This document shows positions 9,597 through 18,887 of a DNA stretch of 64,000 bases, piece by piece. The translations under genes and the position numbers were made by a program. The notes under the pieces were generated by a model. It searched no databases. It saw nothing but the letters and a program-made list of their open reading frames with translations, and was not told where the DNA came from. The stretch comes from Pirellulales bacterium. Its GTDB lineage: Bacteria; Planctomycetota; Planctomycetia; Pirellulales; PALSA-1355. Numbering within the stretch: the first letter of the stretch is position 1; the number at the start of each line of letters is the position of its first letter. The stretch is taken from contig CAVTBU010000005.1 in the NCBI GenBank assembly GCA_963733035.1, positions 576,001-640,000 on the forward strand, given 5' to 3'.

Positions 9597-10463
9597 ATGC
9601 GTCAGAATCATGGCCTGACTCGCCTTTGGCAATCGCCGGTTATTCGCCAGACCCGCCAGATGGCGTCGCCCGGCTTGTGGTATCGGCAACTCACCTCCCA
9701 TCGCCGCCCGCTGCCAAGATTTATCATTGCCGGAGCACAAAAAGCCGGCACGACTTCCCTCTTCGGCTACCTCGTAGGACATCCCCAGTGCGCTGCTTCG
9801 CTCACCAAGGAAGTGCACTACTTCGACCGGGCCTACCAACGGGGCACGAATTGGTATCGCACGCATTTTCCCGTTCTTGGCAATGATGAAACTGTCCGAG
9901 CGTGCTTCGAGTCGAGTCCGTACTATATGTTCGATCCGCGCGTGCCGTCTCGCGTTCGCGAGCTTCTGCCGAACGTGAAGCTAATTTTTTTGCTTCGCAA
10001 TCCGGTGAGCCGCGCCTATTCGCACTATCAACACAGCGTTCGTCGCGGACGTGAAAAACTAGCGTTTGCCGACGCCCTCGAGGCCGAGCCCGCACGCCTG
10101 GCCGGCGAGCGCGCACGTTTGCTTGAGTCGCCCTTCGCGCAAAGCAATGCGCATCGCTTTCATTCCTATGTAGCGCGCGGACACTATGCCGAGCAACTCG
10201 ACGAGTGGCTGAAGTTTTTCCGGCGCGAGCAAATGCTCGTCGTCCAAGCGGAGCGCATGTTCAAGCAGCCGCGCGAAGTCTTCGCCCAAGTGCTGGACTT
10301 TCTGGAGTTGGAATCGTGGGCGCCGGACGCGTTCGGCAGCCACAACTGCGGGCGCTACACAGAACCGATGTCCGCAGACGTTCGCCAGCGACTGGGCCGG
10401 CAGTTCGCCGAACCCAACGCGCGGCTGTTCGATCTGTTGGGGGTTCGCTATGATTGGCAATGA
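9597..10463 (+). CDS. PAPS-dependent sulfotransferase (heparan sulfate 3-O-sulfotransferase-like family)
   Basis: 5'-PSB GAQKAGTT, KEVHYFD, ESSPYY and 3'-PB LRNPVSRAYS; GAGG upstream of ATG 9597. Confidence 0.9.
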   Translation: MRQNHGLTRLWQSPVIRQTRQMASPGLWYRQLTSHRRPLPRFIIAGAQKAGTTSLFGYLVGHPQCAASLTKEVHYFDRAYQRGTNWYRTHFPVLGNDETVRACFESSPYYMFDPRVPSRVRELLPNVKLIFLLRNPVSRAYSHYQHSVRRGREKLAFADALEAEPARLAGERARLLESPFAQSNAHRFHSYVARGHYAEQLDEWLKFFRREQMLVVQAERMFKQPREVFAQVLDFLELESWAPDAFGSHNCGRYTEPMSADVRQRLGRQFAEPNARLFDLLGVRYDWQ

Positions 10464-11542
10464 TGCCCCCCCAACACTCGTTTTGCCGTTACTGGATTGC
10501 GTGCGCGATTGTCCTGGGCGCTGCGCTTTGTGACCGGCCGAGTGTGGCGCAATCTCTCGTCTGGAGGCAATTGCCGCCCATTCCCGATGCGGAAGGATTC
10601 GCCGGCTCATTCGCCGGCGTTAGCGGCGGTGTCCTCGTTGTCGCCGGCGGAACCAATTTTCCCGATCAACCGCCGTCGGCGGGCGGTGCCAAGCGTTGGT
10701 ACGACACCATCTTCGCCCTCGAGACACCGACCAGCAACTGGCGGGTAGTAGGCAAATTGCCGGGGCCCTTGGGTTATGGCGTCTCGATCACCACGCCTGA
10801 GGGGATCGTCTGCATTGGAGGCAGCGACGCGCAGCGGCACTATGCCAAGTGCTTCGTGTTGCGTTGGACGGCGGGTACCGCGACCGTCGTTCCGCTCCCC
10901 GAATTGCCTCAGCCATGTGCGAATGCCTGTGGAGCTCTCGTGGAACGGACGGTCTACGTTGCAGGCGGAACGTGCGCGCCGGACGATGTCCGCGCGCTAG
11001 AGACGTTCTGGGCACTCGACCTCGAAAACCTGCGGGCGGGCTGGGCCAAACTCGCCACGTGGCCGGGTCCTGGGCGGTTGCTGTCCGTCGCCGGGTCACA
11101 GCGTGGCTCGTTTTTCTTGTTTAGCGGCGCCGCGCTCGAAGGTGGAGACGACGGCAAACCTGTTCGCCGCTGGTTGCGCGACGCCTACCGCTACTCGCCA
11201 GACCAAGGTTGGCAGCGGTTATCGGATTTGCCGCGTGTCGCCGTCGCCGCGCCAAGTCCGGCACCGACGATCGACTCGGACAAGTTCCTGGTGCTCGGCG
11301 GCGACGATGGAACCCAAGTCTCGACCCCTCCCCGCGAGCACCGCGGCTTTCCCCGCGATGTGCTGTCCTACGATACACGGCTCGATCGCTGGACCGTCTT
11401 GGGCGAAGTTCCTTTTTCGCTTGTCACCACCCCGGCGGTACGATGGAACGAACGCATCGTAGTTCCCGGTGGGGAAGCACGACCGGCGGTGCGCTCAAAC
11501 GTCGTCTGGAGCGCCGAGGTGTCGAGCAAGCCGGAGCGATAG
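10460..11542 (+). CDS. Secreted kelch beta-propeller protein (NanM/sialic acid mutarotase-like)
   Basis: Signal peptide, GFAGSFAG, VAGGTNFP and repeated GG...W kelch units; ATGA overlap with the sulfotransferase stop. Confidence 0.82.
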   Translation: MMPPQHSFCRYWIACAIVLGAALCDRPSVAQSLVWRQLPPIPDAEGFAGSFAGVSGGVLVVAGGTNFPDQPPSAGGAKRWYDTIFALETPTSNWRVVGKLPGPLGYGVSITTPEGIVCIGGSDAQRHYAKCFVLRWTAGTATVVPLPELPQPCANACGALVERTVYVAGGTCAPDDVRALETFWALDLENLRAGWAKLATWPGPGRLLSVAGSQRGSFFLFSGAALEGGDDGKPVRRWLRDAYRYSPDQGWQRLSDLPRVAVAAPSPAPTIDSDKFLVLGGDDGTQVSTPPREHRGFPRDVLSYDTRLDRWTVLGEVPFSLVTTPAVRWNERIVVPGGEARPAVRSNVVWSAEVSSKPER

Positions 11543-11599
11543 TCTCGCTTGCCCCGCTGTTGGCCGCCAACGACGAACGGCTGCTCTTGCACGCGGCGA

Positions 11600-12544
11600 C
11601 TACTCAACGCGAACTTCGATCTTCGTGCGAAACGATTCGCCCGGTGCCAGAATCAACAAATGTGGATCGATGCCCTGCTCGCGCAGCGTGAAGGCATCGG
11701 GAATCGTGGTATAAGGCTCGATACACACCGCTTCTCGGTGCGGCGGATTGTAGACCACGCACGCCGTGAACTGGTCGTCAAAGTCCTGTGACACCGTGCG
11801 GCCGCTGTGGGGATCGTGAATCGTTGTCACGAGACGGTGATCGTTGCCCGTCAGCTTTCCGAACACATTATCGAGCTTCATCTCGCCGACCTGCATGCCG
11901 CTCGGCAGTTTTTCAGTAGCCGCGGTCGTGTCGGTCTTGCCGGTCGGCAATAGTTCCTTGAGTTCCCAACAAGTACCCACGGGAATTTTTACGACGCAAT
12001 CGTCCGCGCTGTTGCCCGCTAGCGGCAAGCGAAAATACGGGTGCGTGCCGAAGCCAAACGGCAGCGGCTTATCGTCGGGATTATCGATAACAAATTCGCT
12101 CGTAAGCGTATTGCCGGCGATTTGATAAGTCGCGGTGATTCGAAAATCGGCCGGCCAACGTTTGAGCAGGCTCTCGTCGTCGACCGAGGCATGAAACTGA
12201 CCCACAACGCGATCTTGCGTCTGTTCTTTTACGCGCCACGGACGATTGAACACAAAACCATGGATGGCATTGCCGATGCCATCTCCCTCGTCCAGTTCGT
12301 ACTGCTTGTCCTGAAAATGAAAGGTCGTACCCCGAATCCTGCCGGCGAACGGGAACAACAGCGGAATGCCGCTGCCGGTCGGCTTCGCGGTGCCGTCGGT
12401 AAAATCTGGTGCCGACCACAGCACCTCCATGGGCCCCGATGAACTGGCGACCGAAAAGCCGTAACAATTGAAGCCGACACCCGGCAGGATCTTGGCCTTT
12501 GAGCCGTAAACCGGGTCCGTAATCGTAACAATCTCCAGCGACAT
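11600..12544 (-). CDS. Aldose 1-epimerase family protein
   Basis: Motifs GIPLLFPFAGRI, NAIHG, FGFGTHPYF and VCIEPYT. Confidence 0.9.
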   Translation of the reverse strand: MSLEIVTITDPVYGSKAKILPGVGFNCYGFSVASSSGPMEVLWSAPDFTDGTAKPTGSGIPLLFPFAGRIRGTTFHFQDKQYELDEGDGIGNAIHGFVFNRPWRVKEQTQDRVVGQFHASVDDESLLKRWPADFRITATYQIAGNTLTSEFVIDNPDDKPLPFGFGTHPYFRLPLAGNSADDCVVKIPVGTCWELKELLPTGKTDTTAATEKLPSGMQVGEMKLDNVFGKLTGNDHRLVTTIHDPHSGRTVSQDFDDQFTACVVYNPPHREAVCIEPYTTIPDAFTLREQGIDPHLLILAPGESFRTKIEVRVE

Positions 12545-13610
12545 CAAGGCGACGACCTCATCGTTGAATGCGGCGATAGATGGAATGTCCCCCTATTGAA
12601 ACGGAAGTTTCCAGGGACGCAAGTGGCAGCGGCTTGCTCCAATACAGCCGCGGAATCAAGAATTGCTGTTCGCCTCGGTGCCAGCACGCAATTCTCCAGC
12701 CGCACACGTGTGCCGACCATCAGCAGAAATAGGGTGCCTAGCACGGCTGTTGGCGCCACGCCTGCCGTCGGGTGGGTTCGCTGAGAGCCAGCGCCGCGAG
12801 CACGTGCATCAACAACATCGCCAGAACGACCGACGAAAGAAAAAGCAACGACGCGGCGGCATCACCACCCAACAGCGGCCCAATTGCCGTCTCGGGCATC
12901 GCGAGCGCCACCCACAGCCCGGTCGGAAACTGCAAGACGGCAGCCCCCAACGCCAGCCGCGCCCCCAATTTTACAAGACGCTGGCGCATCTCGACGGACT
13001 CGGGAGGGACCGTTGCCATTGTGCGCAGCGCCAACCACACCATAGCCATTCCGGTAACCGCCACGGCGGCCAACCAGACATGCGCGACGCGCGACAGGAC
13101 CTCGCCGTCGACGAGCAAGCGACGGAACTCGGCGCGATCCAAAGGACCGCCGGACAAAGACGGACGCGTGCCGACGAGCGAGATGATGGTAAACAGCGCC
13201 GGAAAGTGAACCATCAAATTGCTGGCTGCCGCCACGGCCAACAGGCGATGCCACCCCCGGCCTTTTTGCCAGCGCCGCCACAGCCCGACATAGGCACCGA
13301 GACAGAGGAACGAAAACAGCAATTCCGCGCCCGCAAACCATAGACGGTCGCGCGGAATCGCCGCGATCGCGCGAAAGTAGCGATCGTCGCTAAGATAGCG
13401 CAACAGAAGTAACGCGCCCCCTAGTAGCCCGCCAATGGCTAGCGCAACAACAGACCACAGCGCAAGGGTCCGACCGAATTCGCCGAGTTGGTCCGCCTTC
13501 TCACGCTTGCTGCGCCAGTCGAGCCAGGCGCTAGCGAGTGGACCGACCATGGCCAAATCCACCAAGATCATGTGTGCGGCCAAGAGCACCGTCGTGACGA
13601 CCTCGATCAC
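12544..13610 (-). CDS. Polytopic membrane protein with CydA-like His motifs; frameshift near 12755
   Basis: About 7-8 hydrophobic segments; AHMILVDLAMVGP and RVAHVWLAAVAVTG. The shifted frame adds a last TM (TAVLGTLFLLMVG) and ends in a TGATG overlap with the epimerase ATG. Confidence 0.7.
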
Positions 13611-13788
13611 CTTCGCCTCTGCCCCATTTGATTACACCGACGCGGTACGCACCATACGCACGTTCGCCCACTGCACCCAGCCCCCAAGGACGACCGCCCG
13701 CCAAGTCGCACCGCGGCCGGTGCGCAAGATACCATGTCGTCGCAAAAATGCAGCCGGTAATTCGGCAGGCAGCCAGCGTTTGACGAAA

Positions 13789-14280
13789 CTAGGCCTGCAC
13801 TAACCTGGCAAAGCTTTCGAGTGCCTGCCGGGCTTTCTCGACGCCTCCCAGACGATGCGCAAGCTGCTTGGCCGCCACCAGATGCTCATAGGGCACGGCG
13901 CCGCCAACTTGGGAGCGAGTCGAACCGTTCTGGCCGAGCTTGCCTCGCAACATGCTAACTTGCGCCGACGTAACGATCACTCCGCGCGCCTTGAGTGCGG
14001 CAATAACGTCACGCGGTCGCGCGTCGTGCCCGAGCCGTTCAAACATGCCCCGAATCGCGTCGGCTTTGCTCGTGCCCGAGTTGCGAGTGGAGCGTTTTTG
14101 ACTGCCACTGGACTTGCGCGTGTACTTGAGCTTGTTGATCAAGGCATCCGAGGCCGTAATTCCTTTGGCGGTGAGCTTGGCTTTGATTTGCTTGACGCTT
14201 GCATCCGGCTGCGCCGCCAACACGTCCCGAATTGCATCACTCTTACTCACTCGAGCACTGGTAACTTTCTTCTTGGCCAA
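13789..14280 (-). CDS. Small, very basic protein with two tandem helical repeats (putative DNA-binding)
   Basis: GAGGAG lies 8 nt before TTG 14280. Repeats are SKSDAIRDVL..KLTAKGITASDALI and SKADAIRGMF..ALKARGVIVTSAQV; the C-terminus is LVAAKQLAHRLGGVEKARQAL. Confidence 0.8.
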   Translation of the reverse strand: MAKKKVTSARVSKSDAIRDVLAAQPDASVKQIKAKLTAKGITASDALINKLKYTRKSSGSQKRSTRNSGTSKADAIRGMFERLGHDARPRDVIAALKARGVIVTSAQVSMLRGKLGQNGSTRSQVGGAVPYEHLVAAKQLAHRLGGVEKARQALESFARLVQA

Positions 14281-14624
14281 GGCAATCACTCCTCACAATG
14301 AATGGGCAGTCAAGCATAGACAGACGGCGGCGACACAAAACATGAACACGCGGCCGCCTTGATCTGTTCGCTAACAACGTGTACATCGCCGCGAACGTAA
14401 AACTCTATTTAGTACATAGCCTAATAGATCGCGCTGATACGTATATACCCTTCGCCTGGGCCACCGTGAATCCTACCCTTGAGGCGTGCCTTCACTGCGC
14501 ACCTACGCGCAGCCGCGCAACGCCCCCCACTCGCGTCCAAACAACCATCGACGAATTCGTCGTTCCTGACACAATACGCGTCGGGCTTGGACGCGCCATG
14601 GCCGATACGATAAACTTCGCCAAG

Positions 14625-14700
<76 letters not shown>

Positions 14701-15362
14701 GCCCCGGTTTTTTCGGGTTTTGCCAGAAGTCGCGGAACCGAGTTTCCCGGGGCTCTTTGATGCGCGGACTTGTCGCCGCGACTCTCTAGGTGCGACGGCA
14801 CCGGCGCACTCCACACCGCCCCGCGACCGGCGCCGGCGTCATCGCCTACTGTAACTCGGCACTTGTCATTGGCCAGTACGGCAATCGGTGGAAGTCGTAC
14901 GCAGGGGGCAGCTCTGATTGGTGCGGCGGCAATCCAACCGAACGGCCCGGTTATCGCCGAAGTAAACCTCCGCATCGATGCCTTCATCCTAAGAACCGAG
15001 TTCGCCAAACGGAGGCGTCCGGCGAAAGAATGCGACGGCGGGAGGACTGGCGTGCAATGGAAACTGTGAAATCCGAAGGATGGAACACGGCAGCTGGTCC
15101 GCTTGCCTTCACAAGCTCGACGAGTTTGAAAGTTTCCGCGCTGGCTAGGGATCGAGATCGGCTAGTGCGATTTGCCAGCCTTCGGCGGCGACGGTGAAGG
15201 CGCGCGCGCTCCCGGCAGTTCAAACAACCCATTTATGTACGTAACGAATACCAGCCATTTCACCCAAATTCCCTATTTGCACTTGCGTCCCTGAGCCACT
15301 AAATTGAAGCCGACCGTAATGGTAGACGTGTTGCGAGTAGCGGGGATAAGACGATTCGTTTG

Positions 15363-16346
15363 ATGAAACTTCAGCAACCCTTTCCGGGTCCCCTATCAGC
15401 CTCGCGCAGAGAACCTCCCCAGACCTTCATCGATTCCCAGACCGATGATGGTGTGGCGACGCTGACATTGCACCGGCCCCAGGCCGGGAACGCGCTTAAT
15501 TGGGCCCTGCTAGAGCAACTGCGCAGCGCCGTCCGCAGGGCGGTTGCGTCGCCAGAGATCGCGTCCATCGTCATTGCCGCCGCGGGCAACCGCTTCGTCT
15601 CGGGCGCCGACGTGGGCTTCTTCGTGCGGTGCTTGAAGTCGGGCAACATGTACCGGATTGTCGAGTGCATCCGGGCTTCCCAGGAAGTGTTTGGCGAGAT
15701 CGCTGCATGCCCAAAACCGGTCGTTGCCGCAGTCCAGGGAGCGGCAGTCGGGGGTGGCTTTGAATTAGTCCTGGCGTGTCATCACGTCGTGGCCACACCG
15801 CGCGCTAGTTTTTCCTTCCCGGAAACGGGGCTCGGGATCGTACCCAGTTCCGGTGGAACCTATCGCACGCCGCGCCGCATTGGCGTGGAGTTGGCGAAGT
15901 GGCTTGTTTACACCGGCGTGGTGCTGCCACCGCCGAAAGCGCTTGCGCTGGGGCTCATCGATCAACTGGTCATGCCGGACGAACTGGCCTCCGCCGCGAA
16001 CCTGGCGGCGCGGACGCTGGGCCAGCGGCCAAAGGACACCCCTAAACACGCGCTCGCGACAATGGCCGAGTTCTCCGCCTGGCGATCGCTATTCGCCGGC
16101 GCGACGGTCGCGGAATTACGGACCGCCGCGCAAACAGAGGACCGCGTTGTATCATCCGCCCTGAAATCGATCGCCAGCCGGCCACTGGTGGGACTGCAAT
16201 GGTCGGAGCGGCTCCTCGACGGCGCACTGGCCAGTACGCTGGAACAGGGAGCCGCGGCAGCGCTGACCGCCGTGCCCATGCTGTACGCCGATCCAGAGGT
16301 TCACAGCCTACTGGTGCAGGCCGCTCAAAGGCAGCGCAAGACGTGA
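15363..16346 (+). CDS. Enoyl-CoA hydratase/isomerase (crotonase) family protein
   Basis: Motifs FVSGAD, KPVVAAVQGAAVGGGFEL and FPETGLGIVP; both catalytic Glu residues are present. Confidence 0.9.
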   Translation: MKLQQPFPGPLSASRREPPQTFIDSQTDDGVATLTLHRPQAGNALNWALLEQLRSAVRRAVASPEIASIVIAAAGNRFVSGADVGFFVRCLKSGNMYRIVECIRASQEVFGEIAACPKPVVAAVQGAAVGGGFELVLACHHVVATPRASFSFPETGLGIVPSSGGTYRTPRRIGVELAKWLVYTGVVLPPPKALALGLIDQLVMPDELASAANLAARTLGQRPKDTPKHALATMAEFSAWRSLFAGATVAELRTAAQTEDRVVSSALKSIASRPLVGLQWSERLLDGALASTLEQGAAAALTAVPMLYADPEVHSLLVQAAQRQRKT

Positions 16347-17144
16347 TGGAGTAGCAACCGAGGATCCGCCGCGCCAATCGACATCGGGGTATTCCGGTGG
16401 CGCTGACATGCGTTCCTTGATGCCGGTTTTCAACAGCCACCAGTTGACCGGATAGGAAGTAAGAAACCCGGCCACCATCGCGATTTGCATCATGAACCAA
16501 AACACCGGGTCGGTCTTTTCCAACTCATGCCCAAAGATTGCAAACGTGGCGATGGCCATCCAGCCGTACATACCGACTTGCCAGGCCGTTAGCGACAACG
16601 TGTCGGCTTTCACGGCCGCCCATAGGCCTTCCGCGACGGAGATGTCGCGCATCGGCATAATCGTGAAGTACTGAAACGCGATGCCGAAGATAAAGGCCGG
16701 TACGAAGTCGACGATCCAGGCCGCGAAGATCTTCTGGCCGAACAGTTCGAAATGAATGGTGGTCCCCAGAATTGTGATCGACGTAAAAAAGAACAAGAAC
16801 CATTCGGCGCAGATATCGCCAAGCGTACAACCACCTCCACAATGGGTCGTACCGACGGCCACGGCTTGCCAGAACGGCCGTTGCATTCCTGGTGGCGGTT
16901 CGCCGTTTTGCTTGGCGCGCAGCATCACTTTATGCGACGACAACCTTCCAATCCGGTAGTAACCCCATAACGCCAACGGTCCAGCCCACAGCGCCGTCGT
17001 GGGCCAAACCAGGTTCATGATCCACATGTGCTGCTTGTTACCGAGCAATAGGTCGCCCACGATCCACACGAAGCAGATGGCGGCGACGATCAGTGCGGCA
17101 ATGGAAACCCATTGAAGCATTTGCATGCTGAGCCCGGTATTCAT
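16308..17144 (-). CDS. DUF4396-family membrane protein (copper-associated)
   Basis: Motifs HMWIMNLVWP, HCGGGCTLGD, ADTLSLTAWQVGMYGWM and FWFMMQIAM..SYPVNWWL. Confidence 0.88.
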   Translation of the reverse strand: MNTGLSMQMLQWVSIAALIVAAICFVWIVGDLLLGNKQHMWIMNLVWPTTALWAGPLALWGYYRIGRLSSHKVMLRAKQNGEPPPGMQRPFWQAVAVGTTHCGGGCTLGDICAEWFLFFFTSITILGTTIHFELFGQKIFAAWIVDFVPAFIFGIAFQYFTIMPMRDISVAEGLWAAVKADTLSLTAWQVGMYGWMAIATFAIFGHELEKTDPVFWFMMQIAMVAGFLTSYPVNWWLLKTGIKERMSAPPEYPDVDWRGGSSVATPSRLALPLSGLHQ

Positions 17145-17328
17145 TTTCCCCTCGCGTCGGTTCTGATTCGCATGCCCTCAGTGCGAACACCGTGCCCATC
17201 GATTCTTCGCGCGACTGGTAGGCGCGCGGCAGCAGCGGCAACTGGGGCCTACGCAACCCTACTGCACGCGAACTCACCGGGTAGGCAATAGACCCAATCC
17301 TCAGCGGAAATCAATGCGATCCAGCGAA

Positions 17329-18840
17329 TCAGGACCCGTGCATCCCCTGGTGCGGCGGGGTCGGCACGTAGGTCTTAATGTCGCCAAACCGCCGCACGAT
17401 CTCTTCGAATACCGACCCCTTGGGGACCGTCTGCTCGGTTTCCATCACCAGGTGATACAAGTCCGCAGGCAACACGCGTAACGTGGTCATCAGCCCCATC
17501 ACGGACATGGGCCAATCGGCCCGCATCCCCTGAACTTCCCGGCGCCCCCAGATCTTTTCGAGAAAGGGGGCGCTCATGCGCATGCCCAGCATTTCCTGCG
17601 GATAACCCGGCGGCTTTTCACCCAGCGCGGTGGCTGACACCTCGGGCGCTGGCCGCACCTGCAGATCGGCGAGGTAGCGGTCGACCGAGTCGCCATGTCG
17701 AATGCGCGGTCCAACCTGGCGCACCATGTGATTCATCATGTGATGCACCATGTGACAGTGAAACATCCAATCACCGGGATTGTTGGCGATGAACTCAAAG
17801 TTGGTGGCTTGGGCAATGCCAATCAGTTCCGTGTTGCGAGGAACCCACGACGAATAGGGAGCGCGGGCCCCCTCGTGCCCCGTGATCCAAAACGTGTGGC
17901 CGTGGATGTGAATCGGATGGTGCTGCATCGGCGAGAAGTTCATGATGCGAATCCGCACTCGCTCGCCGTGTTTGACCACCACCGGAGTCGTGAACGGGCC
18001 GCTACGACCGTTGATCGTATGCCAGTTCCAATCCATCCGCCACGAATCTGCGATCGTCTGCGTGCTGTCGATGAAGAAGTTCTGAAAGATCAAACCGAAG
18101 TCTCGGTCGACGGGCGGCGAGTAGGGCTGGCGAGGGTGAACAATGATCCAGCCCACCATCCCGAACGCTTCCTGCATCGGCACGTGCGAGTGATAGAAGA
18201 ACGTCCCATCCTCGTGCACGTCGAACTCGTAGACGAACGTCCCACCCGGGCGAATCGGATTCTGATTCAACACGTCGGCCCCGTCGTACTGCACCGGTAG
18301 TTCAAAGCCATGGCAATGTACGAACGTGTCTTCCGGCAATTCATTGGTCACCACGATTCGCACCCGGTCGCCTTGCGTGATCTCGATCACCGGACCCGGC
18401 ATGGAACCGTTGTAGCCGTAAACGTTCATCCAGTATCCAGGCAAAAACTCGCGCCGCACCGGTTGCGGAACCAGCTGAAACTCCTTGACACCGTTCTTCA
18501 TCACGTACGGTAGTTTCTCGGTGTCGGGCGCCACAAACGGCACCGGGCCGGCGTCGGCGGATCGCAGCCCGGGAACAAGCTTGCCAATATAGAAGTCGCT
18601 CTGCGGGTCGTTGCCGCGGCTGGGTCGGAAACGGGAAAAGCCGCCGAACCACTCCTGCGGTTCGGCAGACTGCTTCGGGGCCGACTCCTGCCCGCGATCG
18701 AGTTGCGGGCCATTGGTCTGAGGCAACCGTCCGGCCTCGGCACTGGCGACGTCCGGGCGAAGCGCCGAACCACTAAGCGCCCCGGCCGTGACCAATGCAC
18801 TCCGTTTGATGAATTCGCGTCGTTGGTTTGGCTTGCTCAT
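17329..18840 (-). CDS. Tat-exported two-domain multicopper oxidase
   Basis: RREFI Tat signal from ATG 18840; copper motifs HCHG, YHSH, HHPIHIHGH and HCHMVHHMMNHM. Confidence 0.9.
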   Translation of the reverse strand: MSKPNQRREFIKRSALVTAGALSGSALRPDVASAEAGRLPQTNGPQLDRGQESAPKQSAEPQEWFGGFSRFRPSRGNDPQSDFYIGKLVPGLRSADAGPVPFVAPDTEKLPYVMKNGVKEFQLVPQPVRREFLPGYWMNVYGYNGSMPGPVIEITQGDRVRIVVTNELPEDTFVHCHGFELPVQYDGADVLNQNPIRPGGTFVYEFDVHEDGTFFYHSHVPMQEAFGMVGWIIVHPRQPYSPPVDRDFGLIFQNFFIDSTQTIADSWRMDWNWHTINGRSGPFTTPVVVKHGERVRIRIMNFSPMQHHPIHIHGHTFWITGHEGARAPYSSWVPRNTELIGIAQATNFEFIANNPGDWMFHCHMVHHMMNHMVRQVGPRIRHGDSVDRYLADLQVRPAPEVSATALGEKPPGYPQEMLGMRMSAPFLEKIWGRREVQGMRADWPMSVMGLMTTLRVLPADLYHLVMETEQTVPKGSVFEEIVRRFGDIKTYVPTPPHQGMHGS

Positions 18841-18887
18841 CCACTTATTCCTTCCTGGCGATGCAAATTTTCCTGGCTGCGAACCGC

